Of a DNA stretch of 64,000 nt, positions 19,738 to 32,907 are shown piece by piece. The notes beneath the pieces are model-generated. The model saw nothing but the letters and a program-made list of their open reading frames with translations. It made no database searches and had not been told where the DNA came from. The DNA is from Monocercomonoides exilis PA203 (Eukaryota; Protista; Preaxostyla): contig LSRY02000004.1 in NCBI GenBank assembly GCA_001643675.2, positions 434,001 to 498,000 on the forward strand, in the 5' to 3' direction. Every line of letters starts with the position of its first letter. The stretch's first letter is position 1. The translations under genes were made by a program, and so were the position numbers.

Positions 19738-21089
19738 ATGGTTGAGTTTTTTCATTGATATTAGAAAGTTTCCTTCTAATGTCGAGCAGCGAGCTGGATT
19801 TAAAGGCAAGTAAATTAGAGCGAGAAGCAGAAAGTAAGTCGCATGGATTTTTTAAAAATTTCTCAAAATCAGCTGAGTTATACGTCAAAGCAGCTGAAAC
19901 TTACAAAATGTCGAAAAATCGTGTGAAATAAAACACTTCGTACTATTATTCACAAATAAATTTTTTTATGACAATTATACATTAATATTATTAACAATTA
20001 TTTCATGGCTTTACAGGAGATTTATCCGCAAAATGTTATAAAAATGCTGCTGACATGTTGAAACAAACTGAAAAGGATGATAAATATAATAGTATTCGAA
20101 AAAACCTTTGCAATGCTGCTGACATGTTGAAGACATATGATTATGTTGGTTTGATTATTATTGCAAAAAATATATTTTTCAACAATTATATAAAAAACTT
20201 ATTCCATTAAAAGAGACATTAAAAATTTTGAAAGAAATCGAAGAGATTGATAGATCGATAATGCCAAATCCAATGGCCCTAATTACAACAGAAATTGAAA
20301 TTGGAGAAATGCATTTTCAGCTTGCTCAATATGACGATGCAAGACAATATTATGAATCAGCTGCAGAACGACTTGACGCAGAAGGAGAAAAACCGTTTGA
20401 AGCTTTTTATTTATAATTTCTTTGCATGAATAATAAATTCATCGTGTCATTTAAATTGATATTAAGAACGAAGGCTTCTCAGTGCTATAAACAGCTTGGA
20501 TTAATTCAAGCAAAACATTTACGCAATTACGCAGCAGCAGCAAAGAGTTTTAAGAAGGCAACTGTTTGACTTTGTTCTTTGCTTTTGAAGTTGTTGTTCA
20601 ATTAACTCTTTCTATTTGTTGATGCTTCGCAAATTCATTAAAAAAAACGTGAACAACAAAGGAATTATATTTGAAAAACACGCTGACGCAAAGCGCTGCA
20701 ACAGAGATAATCTTCAATTACGGATTGTGTCTTATTGCAGCAGAGATTATGGGCAGCACAGACGAAGGAAGCTCAAGCTCATCTTCCCCTTCAAGTTCAG
20801 AAAGCACCACTCCAGTCTGTGCTATTATTTCAGCTGCTTCTTTTTCTATTGCTTTCGATTTTGTGTCAAATGACATATTTTTGTTTCATTATATTCTGTT
20901 TCAAAACGCTTTGTCGATGTGAATTTGTTCTTTTACCCGTCACATTTTTTGATGTGCCAACAAATAAAGGACTTCAATAAGCTTGCAACTGCTCTTTCTC
21001 AACATCCTTTCAATGAGACTTCATTCACATTTCAACGTCATTCTGGTTTTTTAAACGTTTGCTTTTCGTGTTTTATTCAATTTTCTTTT

Positions 21090-21188
<99 letters not shown>

Positions 21189-21543
21189 ATTTCTATTTCT
21201 ATTTCTATCTCTCTCTCTATCTCTATCTCTCTTTCTCTTTCTCTCATACGTACATTTTTGTCTTTGATGTGTGCGTGTGTGAATTTATTTGCTAATATGA
21301 CACACCAAATAGAAAACAATCTCTGCCTTAAAAGAAGACAGCGCAGAAAATTACAAAGCAGCTATTGGATACTTATGCACAACAGTTACTATTTCTGATT
21401 TACAGACAGATTTGATGCTTTTGTATGCAATTTTTTGAATGCTTATGCTTTTCATTATTTCCCATATTGCATTGTATGTCATCTGTAGAATAAGAAAATA
21501 TCTCGAACACACGTTACCTTCTGAAGAAAGCAGCGGATTGTGA
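19738..21543 (+). CDS. soluble NSF attachment protein (SNAP family), multi-exon
   Basis: Spliced segments EREAESKSHGFF..SAELYVKAAETYKM, AKCYKNAADML, ARQYYESAAERLDAE, KASQCYKQLG, QSAATEIIFNYGLCLIA follow the SNAP TPR-like pattern. Start is uncertain: a lone ATG exon 19738-19740, or ATG 19779 with a 1-nt indel. Confidence 0.7.
21083..21245. repeat. TC/TTTC/TCTATT microsatellite in a SNAP intron
   Basis: Seen directly. Confidence 0.9.
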
Positions 21544-21882
21544 TTTTTTAATTGTAAATATGAATATTTCTATATTGTCAATTATTGTTTAACTTTTCAA
21601 TGCTATTTTTATCACTATTTTAACTGAATAGGCTTTATTTAATTCAGGGAAGCTTATTATGAAAAATTTTTTATTTTTTAATTTTTTCAAAATAGTTTTG
21701 ATTTTTATTTTTTAAATAGTCTTACATAACTATCAAATTTTTGAAACTTAAGCTAATTAATATACATTATGATCTTTATTGCTATTTGGTTCGTGCTAAC
21801 CTGTTTTGTTTAAAATTCTCATCTTTTGTAAAATGCAAAAACACATAAAAATAAAGGCTTCATTCTATTTTTGATCAAGAAA

Positions 21883-22372
21883 ATGCAAACTGATTTAAAG
21901 CAACTCCAATTAAAAGCAAATATCGTCAAACGAACAATAAAAGATACATCATCTTACACAAGCGAAATCGTTGACTTGAAGAGACAAATTGAAAGCATGA
22001 AGGAAAGACACGAAGACGAACATGATATTCACAAACGAGTTTGATTCAGCATTTATGCTCTAAATTTTTCGAGTTTAATTTTTATGAACGCAATTCATAG
22101 GAAGAATGTTTGGCTGAGACCGTTCAGATGATTCCAGACTGCAAGCAAAGATTAGAAGCGGCTTTGAGTCAACTTTCTGCTCTAATTGTTTGTTTTCATC
22201 TCTTTTTATTTCAAACTCCTGTCAATTATCAATTTATTTGGGACTTTATTTTCAGGATGCCGTTCCAGAGACTGAGACAGCTACTGTGGAAAGTGAAATA
22301 TTCAAAGATGCGACTCAAATTCAACAACAGGCAGCCCAATTGCTTGAATCATTCGACGCATTAGCAATGTGA
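21883..22372 (+). CDS. TBCA: tubulin-specific chaperone A
   Basis: 3 exons: LKQLQLKANIVKRTIKD..Y..E..DEHDIHKR | EECLAETVQMIPDCKQRLEAA. Confidence 0.9.
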
Positions 22373-22616
22373 CATTAATTCTTGTTATTATATTTTTATT
22401 TTAAAATCAACTGAATCATTCATTTATTTTTCATTATAAAGGGAAACGATCAAATAAAAATGAAAATTTCCCATGAACATAACATAAATACAATAATTCA
22501 ATTTGTAACTCACACATCAGCAACAATTGGAGTTTCAATTTTTAATTCATACATTACAGAAAAGTTGTTTGTTATCGAAAATTTGCAAATAATATTATTT
22601 GAGTTTTAAATTTAAA

Positions 22617-24353
22617 ATGTTAGTATAAAATTATTAGGTAAAAAGCCAGATTTATGCATTTCTATAGCTGTTCCTTTGCTTGGAAATTTAACTTCATTTT
22701 TTTGGAACTTTTGCAGTGTGAAAGTTATTTTTTCAAAAATTAAACTTTTTTCATTGCTTTCAGTTGTAAAATTCAAAGAAAAGGCTTATTCAGTACGATT
22801 AACAAGAGATCAATTTTGGAGAAATGCACTTTGTGGATTTTATTTTTTCATTGCAATGTTTTTAGCAAATTATGCTGCAAAATACCTTTCATTTCCTTTG
22901 AAAATAATATTTTCAAGCGCAAAAATTCTTATAGGTTTTCAAAGTTTATTTTTTTAAATGCATTTCCTTTTCTTTGTGATTTAGCGATGCCATCATCATT
23001 TATAATCAATGGAAAAAAAGGAGTATCACCAAACACCATATTTGGATATTCAAAAGAAGAAGTTTTTGTTTCTGTTGGACTTTTTTTGGGGCTCACAACC
23101 ATGCTGCTTCCAATTGGTTCTGTTAAAGGACTCAGAGAAGGATTTTCATGGATTGGGGTTCTTATGATGTTCATCTCCACAAACACAAACTGCTTTTTTG
23201 ACGAACTTCAGTCAAAACTTATCAAAGAGAGGTTTTGTTATGAAAATGACTTCTTTATTAAAGCTTTAATAATTATTTCTAATTCATTCTAAAATCAAAC
23301 GATCACATTTCCCCCCTTTTCAATTATTTGACAGCAATCTGTCAATGACAGTTGTATTAATGTGGAACACTTTAGCAACTTGTTTCTTTTTAACAGTCAG
23401 TATGGATGCTTTGTTTTGTCATTCGTTTTTATCTCACTTTTCTTGATTTGTAATATTTTGCTTTTACAGCTCTCCTTTTTACTGGATGTGTTCCTTGTCT
23501 CATTAAGCTGATGATGGACCATCCAATGCTTGTTGCACTTTTATTTCTCATTTGTTCTTCGCATGTAGTCTCCCAAGTTTGCAAAAATTCTTTCTCTCTT
23601 TGTATTTCATTTTATCTCTTAAACCTAAAAAAAAAATTCAATAACATTGATTTTTCTTTCATTTTATTGATGCAACTCTAATTTTTATCAAAGATTTTGA
23701 TTGTAACCTTGAAACAAAAATACGGCATTTGGTGGAAAAATATAGCAACTTCCCTTCGAAAAGTATTTTCTTCATTATTTTACAACTTTACCTCAATTCT
23801 TTTTTTGATTGCATGCAAATGCATTGCAAATAATCATTCTATGCTTTTTTTAGTGTCTGTCGCTTGTGGTTTCAATTCTGTTTTTTGGCCACATTGTTAC
23901 CATTCAACAGCTTCTGGGGATAATTATTGTGTGCCATTTATATTTAAAGTTAGCAAATGTTCATTCTTCTTCGTTCCTTTTCCTCCTCCTCCTCTTCTTC
24001 TTCTTCTTCTTCTTCTTACTCCTCCTCCTCTATTCTTGCAGGTTTGCGGATGTGTCTTCTGGGCTGGAAATGTGGAATTAAAAAAGAAAAGCAAAGAAAA
24101 AGAAAAGCAAGACGAAAACGAGCAAAATCTATTTCCAAAATTACCAACTATTTTGACACCGAAGTTTTCATATTCGTCAAAAATATATTTTCCTTCAAGT
24201 AGTTCGGAATCTCCTTCAAAGTCGCCAGGTTTGGACACATATCCGTATTTCAACGGTGATGCTGAAGAAGATGGCAAAGAGTCAGAGACGCCAATCGAAG
24301 ATAGCTTTGAAAGGAATACAACAGCTGTTGAAATGAATGAAATAGCAACTTGA
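22617..24353 (+). CDS. nucleotide-sugar/PAPS transporter, SLC35B (UAA) family, multi-exon
   Basis: Multiple hydrophobic helices; KYLSFPLKIIFSSAKIL, FFDELQSKL, IATSLRKVFS; acidic C-terminal tail. Exon boundaries approximate. Confidence 0.75.
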
Positions 24354-24656
24354 ACATCCTTATTGAGACTGTATTTATTTGCATGTTTTCAAAAGTTGGT
24401 ATTTCAATTTTATACGGCAAAGATATCATGGACAAATTGAAGAAGTATTTTGGAAGATCGTATTTTGGAGCATTGTTGTTATTATAAATCTGTCAACAAT
24501 GAGCGAAAATTGAATTTTTCCTTTTTCAGGAATAGTGCCATTTCGTAAATTAACTAGTTTTCAACTCTTTTTTAGCTTTTATTATTCATTTGAAAATTTT
24601 TTTATCTTGAAGTTTTGGTAATATTTTTTGAGAAATAACCCATTACAATATCGTTA

Positions 24657-25225
24657 ATGTCAATTTCTAATGGAGAAGAAATTGTGAATCAGATTGAAAA
24701 ATGTGAAGAGGTTGGCAGAGCGATTTAATTATCATTTACATTTTATTAATGAAATTTGGTGAACTTTTATTTTATTATGTATATTTATGATGCTTTTACA
24801 AAATGATGAATTATCAAAAATTGTGAGATATTAATTGAACTTTTAGATATAGCATCTTCTGTATTTTTAGAGTTGAAAAAGGGTTCTGAAATGAATGTTG
24901 AAGCCTTTCATAATGCATGCGCACAATATCAGCGAAACGTAAATGTTTGCTTCTTCATTTTTTTAAACAAACAAAAAGTTACAATTAAAAAAAAATAAAG
25001 AATTTAGAAATTCTCAAAACTATTGCACATGATCATCCATTTCGACCAATTCCTTCTGAACTTGAATCTTACGATGAACAAATAAATCTTTCAATTGAAC
25101 ATTTAAAAGTGTGCCTCCTTGAAAAAATACAGTTCTTGTTTCTAACAGTGATTTATCTTTATGCATAGACAAAGCATACAATTGAACAGCTCCAGAAATT
25201 GATTGAAAAACTTAAAGATCTTTGA
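24657..25225 (+). CDS. MED11: putative Mediator head subunit MED11-like (111 aa, 4 exons)
   Basis: Exons 24657-24710, 24828-24944, 25001-25108, 25169-25225, all phase-0 GT-AG. Size and helical pattern (QIEKCEEILIELLDIASSVFLEL..AFHNACAQY..RP..ESYDEQINLSIEHLK..IEQL) resemble MED11. Confidence 0.6.
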
Positions 25226-25522
25226 ATGCAAAAATATTGTTCAAAATTCATTTCACTAAACCACTTCATTTAATTCTTCTTTAGTCATTTGAAATCATTT
25301 CATTCAACTTTTTATTTGTGAAATATACCAATTTCTAAAAATTTTATTTATAAACTATTTTTTGATCATTATCCCAGTTTAAATATATTTTGAATACATT
25401 TTTGTTTGTATTTTTATATTGAAAAAGAATAAAATACTGTATGTGAAATTATTGCGCTTTAGATATAAACTTATTATTAATTATACGGAAAATGTTTTGT
25501 TTTTACAAGAATTAGAAAAGAA

Positions 25523-27289
25523 ATGTTTAAAATTCATGAAACATGGAAGAAAGCTCGTTGTTCAACTTTAACACTTCACCACGGACCTTGCAGAACTCCC
25601 ATGTTTATGCCGTATGATTTTTTTAATAAAAAAATGATAAATGTTTTATGTGAATTTTTTAATTATATTTGGAATAAGTGTTGGAACACAAGGAGCAATG
25701 AAAGGAATTACAACAAGTCAAATGCTCGAACTTGACGTTGACTTAATGCTAAGTAATACATATTGGATGTCCCTCCGTCCTGGTCCTGAAGAAGTTGCAA
25801 CATTCGGAGGACTTCACGGTTTAATGTCTTGGCCAAGGAATATATTGACTGATAGTGGTGGTTTTCAAATGGTATCGCTTATTGATTTGTCAACAGTCAC
25901 AGAAGAAGGTGTAACATTTACCTCGCCTCTGGACGGAAAAGAAATGATGTTACGTCCTGAAGATAGTATTCATAATCAAAACGAACTTGGAGCAGATATT
26001 ATTATGGCTTTGGATGATGTTGTTCCTTCTGTAATGACAGGACCTCGCGTTAAGGAAGCAATGCAACGCACAATTCGTTGGCTTGACAGATGTATTGCAG
26101 CACACAAGCGCCCTAATGATCAGTGTTTATTTGCAATTGTTCAGGGATCTCTTGATGTTGAATTGAGGAAAGATTGTGTTAATGAGTTTCTGAAACGAGA
26201 TGCGTCAATACCTGGTTATGCAATAGGTGGACTCTCAGGAGGCGAGGAAAAGGATACGTTTATTGCAGTTGTAGATGCGGTATGCTCTTTGCTACCACCA
26301 CAAAAACCTCGTTATGTGATGGGAGTTGGATATCCAGTTGATATTGTATGTTGTGTGTGTGTGGGAGCAGACATGTTTGACTGCGTGTATCCTTGTCGAA
26401 CAGCACGTTTTGGAACAGCTCTTGCAGATGTTCCAGGCGGGGTTGTGTCTTTGCGTTCAGAAAAATTTACAAATGATGCTACGCCAATGGACAAGAGCTG
26501 CAACTGCTATGTGTGCAGAGGTGGAATTTCTCGCGCAAGACTGCACCAAATGTTAAAGGGCGAAAAGGAAGGTGGCGTTGAGCTTATTTCATATCACAAC
26601 ATCGCATATATGGTTTGAAACTTCTTTATTCAATGTCTGGTATTTTTATTTATTTTAACTGAATTTTGATGATAATGTGCTTAAATACACGAATGAAAAA
26701 TATGAAGATGAACCTAATGTCTCGACTTAGGCAATCAATTCGTGACAATACTCTACCAGCATTTGCCAAGTACTACATGAGAACCCTATTTCCTCGTCGT
26801 ATAGATCTTCCGTCATTTGTGAACATTGCTTTCCGTCTTGCTGATATTGATGAAGATTTTGCTTCAAACGGATATCCAGCAGATGAGGAGCTTATTGTGG
26901 ACGACAGCGTCTTTCTTTCAATTCTCCAAACGGACTGCAAAGACATTCCAATTCGCTGCCCATACCACGTTGAAGAAAGGAACATACACGGAGTGTCAAG
27001 AATCAAAAAAGGCGAAGTTGAAGATGACAGCTCGCCTTCTTCCAAACAGATAAAGCAAATTGAGAAAAAGGCCAAAAGTAGCCAAAAGGACAAAAACATT
27101 AGAGAAGGATGGGCAAAAAAAGAATTAATAAAACAACAAATGAGAGAACAAAAAGAAAAGAAAAAACAGCAAAGAGCTGATGCTCCTGTAATTCAAATGG
27201 GAACTTCATTTGCCAGACTTGTTGATTTCAATCCTGAAACTGGTGATTCTCAAAAAAGACAATGCTTGGATAGTGAAGGGAACAAGTAA
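25523..27289 (+). CDS. QTRT1: queuine tRNA-ribosyltransferase catalytic subunit
   Basis: TPMFMP|VGTQG, LTDSGGFQMVSL, ALDDVV, IGGLSGGEEK, DMFDCVYP, Zn site CNCYVC..HN; two introns. Confidence 0.95.
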
Positions 27290-27461
27290 ATTTTTATTTA
27301 TTTAATTATTAATTTACCCCCTATCCCACACATCTCATATAATTCATTTCATCTAAAAGTTAAATTTTTGTATTTCACAAAACTAATAATATGTCTCTTT
27401 AGCATTTTGATATTGCACTGACGTTTGAATCTTTTGTATCAGTTGCAACAATAGAAATTTA

Positions 27462-27517
<56 letters not shown>

Positions 27518-28382
27518 ATTTGGGGCGAAATCTTTGCAATTGAAAAAAAAAACTGAGATTAATTCCAAAATTTTTCCGCAATCATATCACCATAAAACAA
27601 CCGAAACAATGCAAATAGTTGCAGAAAAATTCAAAAATCGAGAAAATATTTGGAAAATATCGAATGGAACAAAACTCAAAAAGAAAAATATTTTGTCCCA
27701 TATTTATAGCTGCAAATTTCAAAATAACAACATGATTCGTTTGATAACAGTTTTTTATCGGTTGTATTCACACTTTCGCCAATTCTACCAATATTTAAAA
27801 AAATCGTTGCAAATGTAACAACTGCAAATATTGCAGAGAAATCATTTTAAAAATTCAAGCTAGGAATTATTTTCTGCTTTGCCTTTGTCAAACTTTTCAA
27901 GGCGAAAAGCGGTGATAATCCATTTTTCAAACAAATGAATTGCACACATTATTCAATAAAAATGCAAAAGCATTTTCTTGAAATGTGAAAAGGAAATTAG
28001 AAACAATAAAAAATTATCAGAAAAAAAATGCGAGATTGAAATACTTGTTAATATTCCTTTGAAACAAAAGATTTATTCCTTTTGCATTGCACATACTCAA
28101 AGAGAACTGTAAATATAGAAAAAAATATAGAAAAAAAAATATAAGAACAGTACAAAAACAAAAGACTAATTACGTTAATTGATTTTCTATGATTAAAAAA
28201 TTATTTATTATGAATTAATTTTTATATATAGGAAGATTAGGTTAGAAAAGATAATCAACAAGCAGCTCTTTAAAAAGAAGTTTTTCTTTTCATCCAATAA
28301 TTCAAGATTATAAGACGAAAAGCGCGAATATGACGTAAAGATTGTAAGAAAGAATAAGAATGAAAAAGGTGTCAGTAATACG

Positions 28383-29563
28383 TCAGATATTCGCCACTGC
28401 AATAGTAGCCGCTCTCAGATATTTTATTGCAGAATATTTGGTAAAAATTGCATGTGTTTTCTGTATAGGTGCCTTTTTAACTGTTTCCTTCAATTCTCGA
28501 AGAATCGGTAGTAAATCCTCATATGACATCATTGTATAATGTTGAAGAGTCGCAGACCATGGCGGGCGACCTGTAATACGAAGGGCATGAGAAATAGAAG
28601 CAGCTGCAATCTGCGATGGAAGATAGGTTGTTGTTAATGAGTAGCTTGTTAACGAATATTCCGCAATAAACCTTGCAATCATTCCAACAGTACTATCAGC
28701 ATGGGCTGCTTTTGCAAAACGTTTAAGGAAGGTTAATGCTGTTGGAGCTCCAAGAGAATATCGCAGTTCGTTTAATATGATTCTCTCCATTTTTAATAGT
28801 TCATCTTTTGTACCAACTTCAGGGCAGAATTTCAAGAGTTGCTCAATAGAAGGGTAATAAGTTTCTTCAAATTTTGATGCAACGAAAAAGCATGATAGCA
28901 TTAATAAATACACTTTTTCGTACGAAACTACTTTTCTAGATAAAAATCTGTCAAAAATTGAAATTGTAATAAACAGTGTATCAGCTTGAAGAGAAGTTTG
29001 GTAAGTCTGTGAAAGCAATCTGTGAAGATCAACAGCCCAATCAATGCAATACGTTCTTATTCGTGCATTCAGTTGTGGCTGCATCGCCATGTATCTTGGA
29101 TTCGGTCTAAGCTTTCCCTGTTCAAATAGAATGCATAACCACGAAGATTGACAAAATTGAAAATTTTATTTTTTTAAAAATGACAACGCATAAAGTATCA
29201 AGCACAAAGATAAACGAAATAATTTTAAAATGATTATATTTCAAAAAATATTCAAGCCTGTATAAGCATTAAATACTGATACGCGTCATTTGCATAAGGA
29301 CTGCAAGTAAATGGATTATCCATGTCAGTTTGATCAATGTCTTCTGGAACTTCCGTTACTGGTACAACGTACATAGGCACAGAATTATCGACATCTGTTG
29401 CTACCGTCTCAGCGGGAGTCATTACCTCTTCCTCCATTCTTCCACTTGGACTTTCTGACGTTCTAGGCGTTTGCTGAGATGCATGAGTCGGTGGCTTGCT
29501 TTCTGAAACTAAACTGGGAAGTGTATTTGTGATTTGTTCCAAAGCTTTACGTGGTCTTGCCAT
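28383..29563 (-). CDS. B-type (mitotic) cyclin
   Basis: N-terminal D-box RKALEQITN; cyclin box IRTYCIDW..DRFLS..ASKFEE..MERIILNEL..FLKRF; one GC-AG intron 29257-29118. Confidence 0.9.
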
Positions 29564-30054
29564 ATTCTGTTGAAGTGAAAATTTGAATCTTGAATAAAAT
29601 TCCTATGTTTCCTAAGTCAGATCAAACAGAACAATGGAAAAATGATTTCTGATAATTTTGCAAAAATCAACTTTTTTGTTATTATTGGTATAAATGATTC
29701 TCATTTGGACGAAAAAAGAACATTAAAGAACAATAATGACGAAATTATAAAAATTTTTGGATTTATGAAATAATGGATAAGAATTTTTTATCTCTATATG
29801 ATGAAAGTTTTCTCAAATCTTCTTATTTTTTATGTTGATGTGCATTTATTTCATTTTGATTTGATAATCTCTCTCGAAAATTATCTTCTTCGAATTTCTA
29901 AGAATGTTTCATTCAAGAGCATAGAAATTTTGAAAAAGTTCATTCCTCGTAAATATTCCAGTTTTTGAAATTTTGTTGAAAAAAAGTTTTTCTATTTTTG
30001 AATAAAAATTAAAATAAAAAATTGAAAAAAATTTACAAATGAAGCTCAAATAGA

Positions 30055-30621
30055 TTAAAGTTCAGAAGGCTTTTCTTCTTTTTTCTCCTCTTTTTCGTTT
30101 TTTGCTTCATTTTCATCCGGTTGCTCATGAAAAACCAATGTTCCAACTTCTTTTGTACCTTCGATAATATCTTTTATTTCTCCATTATTAACGTAATTCA
30201 TAATTTCTTAAAAAATGTCAAATAAACAATTACAAATGCAACAACTTTTTAAAAAATACCATTTAATCCTCCAATGTAACGTTTGTTGCAGATAACAGCA
30301 GGAATAACTTGAGATGCAGGTTTTTGAGGCGGAATCTTGGATAGAATTTTTTTGGCATCTTCAACGGCAGCTCCCTGATAAATTGTAAATATTTAAAGTA
30401 ATAATAAATAAAAAGCATACCAAGGTCATTGTTTGAAGTACATTATATGGAACACCAGCAGTTTCAAGAGCATTGGTGATTTTATAACAATCGGGACATT
30501 TAGGTTTAATAAGAACAGTAAGCTTTGAATCCAATATGACCCCATCCATAAATTTATCTCCAGTGAAAACTTCTCTGGGCGAAACAAAGTTTAATAGAGA
30601 AATAACAGCTAAAAACATCAT
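30055..30621 (-). CDS. glutaredoxin-fold protein with signal peptide and C-terminal PSEL
   Basis: 3 exons: MMFLAVISLLNFV, KPKCPDC, VIPAVICNKRYIGGLNEI..GEIKDII, ends KPSEL*. Confidence 0.8.
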
Positions 30622-30657
30622 TGCTTGAAAGTTATGATCAATAAGTCCCATTGCACG
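30622..30657. promoter_or_regulatory. 36-bp head-to-head spacer (candidate bidirectional promoter) containing TGATCA
   Basis: Divergent ATGs at 30621 (-) and 30658 (+); palindrome TGATCA at 30635-30640. Confidence 0.55.
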
Positions 30658-32212
30658 ATGTCGAAAATAAATATTCTTGTTTGCCGTCGTTGTCGATGCA
30701 CAATGAATGTTAGCGACCCTTCGCTAACAGCAGATGAAATTTCTGCTGAAGTTGCTCGGCTAGAAGAGGAATCAATAAAAATAGGATTTGATTTTCCAAT
30801 GTGTCCAGTATCTCCTTTTATTGTTTCATTTTGATTTGTTTTTCTATTTTAAACAAATGGCCCCAAGACTTGTCAATATAATGAATTTCAACGATTGCAA
30901 AAGCAGATTGAACAAATTCAATCAGAAACGCAAATGATTGAGAAACGTTCGACAGAACTTGACTGTCAACTCAAGGCAGTCCATCAAGATGAAGAAATTA
31001 AACGTCTAAAGGAGGTATATTTGATTTTCCGACTTGAAATTTCTTGAACAATGTTTTACCGCTTGTAGGAAGAAATTGCTCTCAACGAAGAATTATCTCA
31101 AATCGATAAGGAAATTGAAGAAGCTCAAAAATTAAAGGAAGAATTTGCAGAAACTGAAGAGATATTGGATTACATTGAAAGCAGGTATGAATTATTGAGA
31201 AGTTCTGTGTTATTATTCTAATATATTTGTAAATTTTCTGATAAACAGAAGTTGGGAGTTAAGGAATGAATATCTCATGGAAATGGAATCCGCTTCAGAA
31301 GAAATACAACAATTAGAAGCAAAAATTCATAGAACTCAAAAGCATATAGAACTCTTGAAATCGGCAAATCCACTTTGTGATGCGTTTGTCATTCGCTGTG
31401 AAGAGAATTCTATAAATGGTTTGTTGTTGAACGGACACAATAAAGAAAATGAAAGATCACTGTACATTATTATGCTGTATTTATTTTTTATAATTATTTT
31501 TATTGATTGCTCTCATGCAATGTTTCATTTCATTTTATGGGATCTTTCCTTGCAACGTGAAAATTACAGGATTAAAGCTATCTTCCCAGTTGGACGCAAG
31601 AGAAACAAATGCTGCCCTTGGAATGTGCTGCCTTCTGATACATCTGTTACAAAAGAAGTTTTAATTATCTTTTTTTCTCCAAAAATCTGTTCTTTTCAAA
31701 CAATTCCTTTGACTTCTATTTATTTGATAATTCTGATTGTTCTTTTTGGAATCTATGCTGATTTTTTTTTTCAATGACTATCGCAGATTTCAGATAGATG
31801 GCATACGAATAATACCTTTGGGTTCTTTTTCGTGGGTGCAATATGATGCTCCAAGCAGCACAACAACTGCAGCAGCATCTTCTTCATCTTCGCATCAATC
31901 TTCTTCCTTGGCATCTGCTTCCCAATCCATCACTAACTCTGGCTCTTCTTCTGTTCCATCTTCCTCATCTTCCTCATCTTCATCGCCTTCTGCTTCTGCT
32001 CCGTCCTCTTCTGGCTTAGCTCCAGGCGCTACTAAAAATCCAGGTGGCAGCGGAAAGAAGAAGCAAATCCGCCCTTTGTTCTTCTCCACCACACCAAAAG
32101 ACCACATGCAGCTGTTTGAAGAAGGGCTTGCTGCTTTGGCACGTGCAATGGACGAGCTCACACAATATCTGTCGAACAGAGGATACCAGAAGCCTTGTTT
32201 GCGCTTTGCTTT

Positions 32213-32274
<62 letters not shown>

Positions 32275-32596
32275 GAGTTTATGGTGATTTTGGTGTAGAA
32301 ACGAGATAAAAATTCGTTATTTAATTTTTTTTTTATCTTTTTGTTTAAACTGCACTATTTTTGTAATGTACTCTTTTTTATTTACATGCATTTAATGATT
32401 TATTATTATCATTTTATTTGAAATATCTTTCTCTCTTTTTGTTACAGCAAGCAAATTGACAATGTCAGAGTTCCAAGACAAAGAAGAAGTGAAAAAACCA
32501 TTGAAGTGGAAGTTCATTGACGGCTGGGGGCGAGATTTCCTTTTGTGGCTTGATCATCTTGCCCACTTTGCATCTCACACACCTGCTGCTCCTTGA
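30658..32596 (+). CDS. ATG6: Beclin-1/Atg6/Vps30 homolog, 7 exons
   Basis: N-terminal CRRC, coiled coil, BARA motifs NPLCDAFVI..INGLKL..ETNAALG..IIPLGSFS..PLF..FEEGLAA. Confidence 0.85.
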
Positions 32597-32907
32597 AATC
32601 ACATAACTTTGTTGTTTCATTATCACTTCATTTTTTTGTTTCTATGTGTATTTTTTGTTAACTTGGTTTCTTGCTTGTTTCGTTTTTGTTTGGCAAAATA
32701 GTTCACAAATCACAACAGCCCTGGTTTGTTCGTTGATAATATTACAAGTGAACACGGAAAATGTGTGGCTGATGATTAATGAAAAGCTCAATTACCAATG
32801 TTCGAGAGTAACTTGAATGCTTTGGTGCAGCTTTCTTTAAATTTCTGATCGTCAAATGCCATTTCAATGCATAAATAGAAAAGTTTATAAATACACATTT
32901 TTGGATA

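Noticed and set aside
19779-19815. Programmed frameshift at TTTTAAAG in the SNAP 5' end
   Set aside because: It would need a +1 shift, opposite to what this heptamer promotes. An ATG|GT..AAG intron or a homopolymer error explains it more simply.
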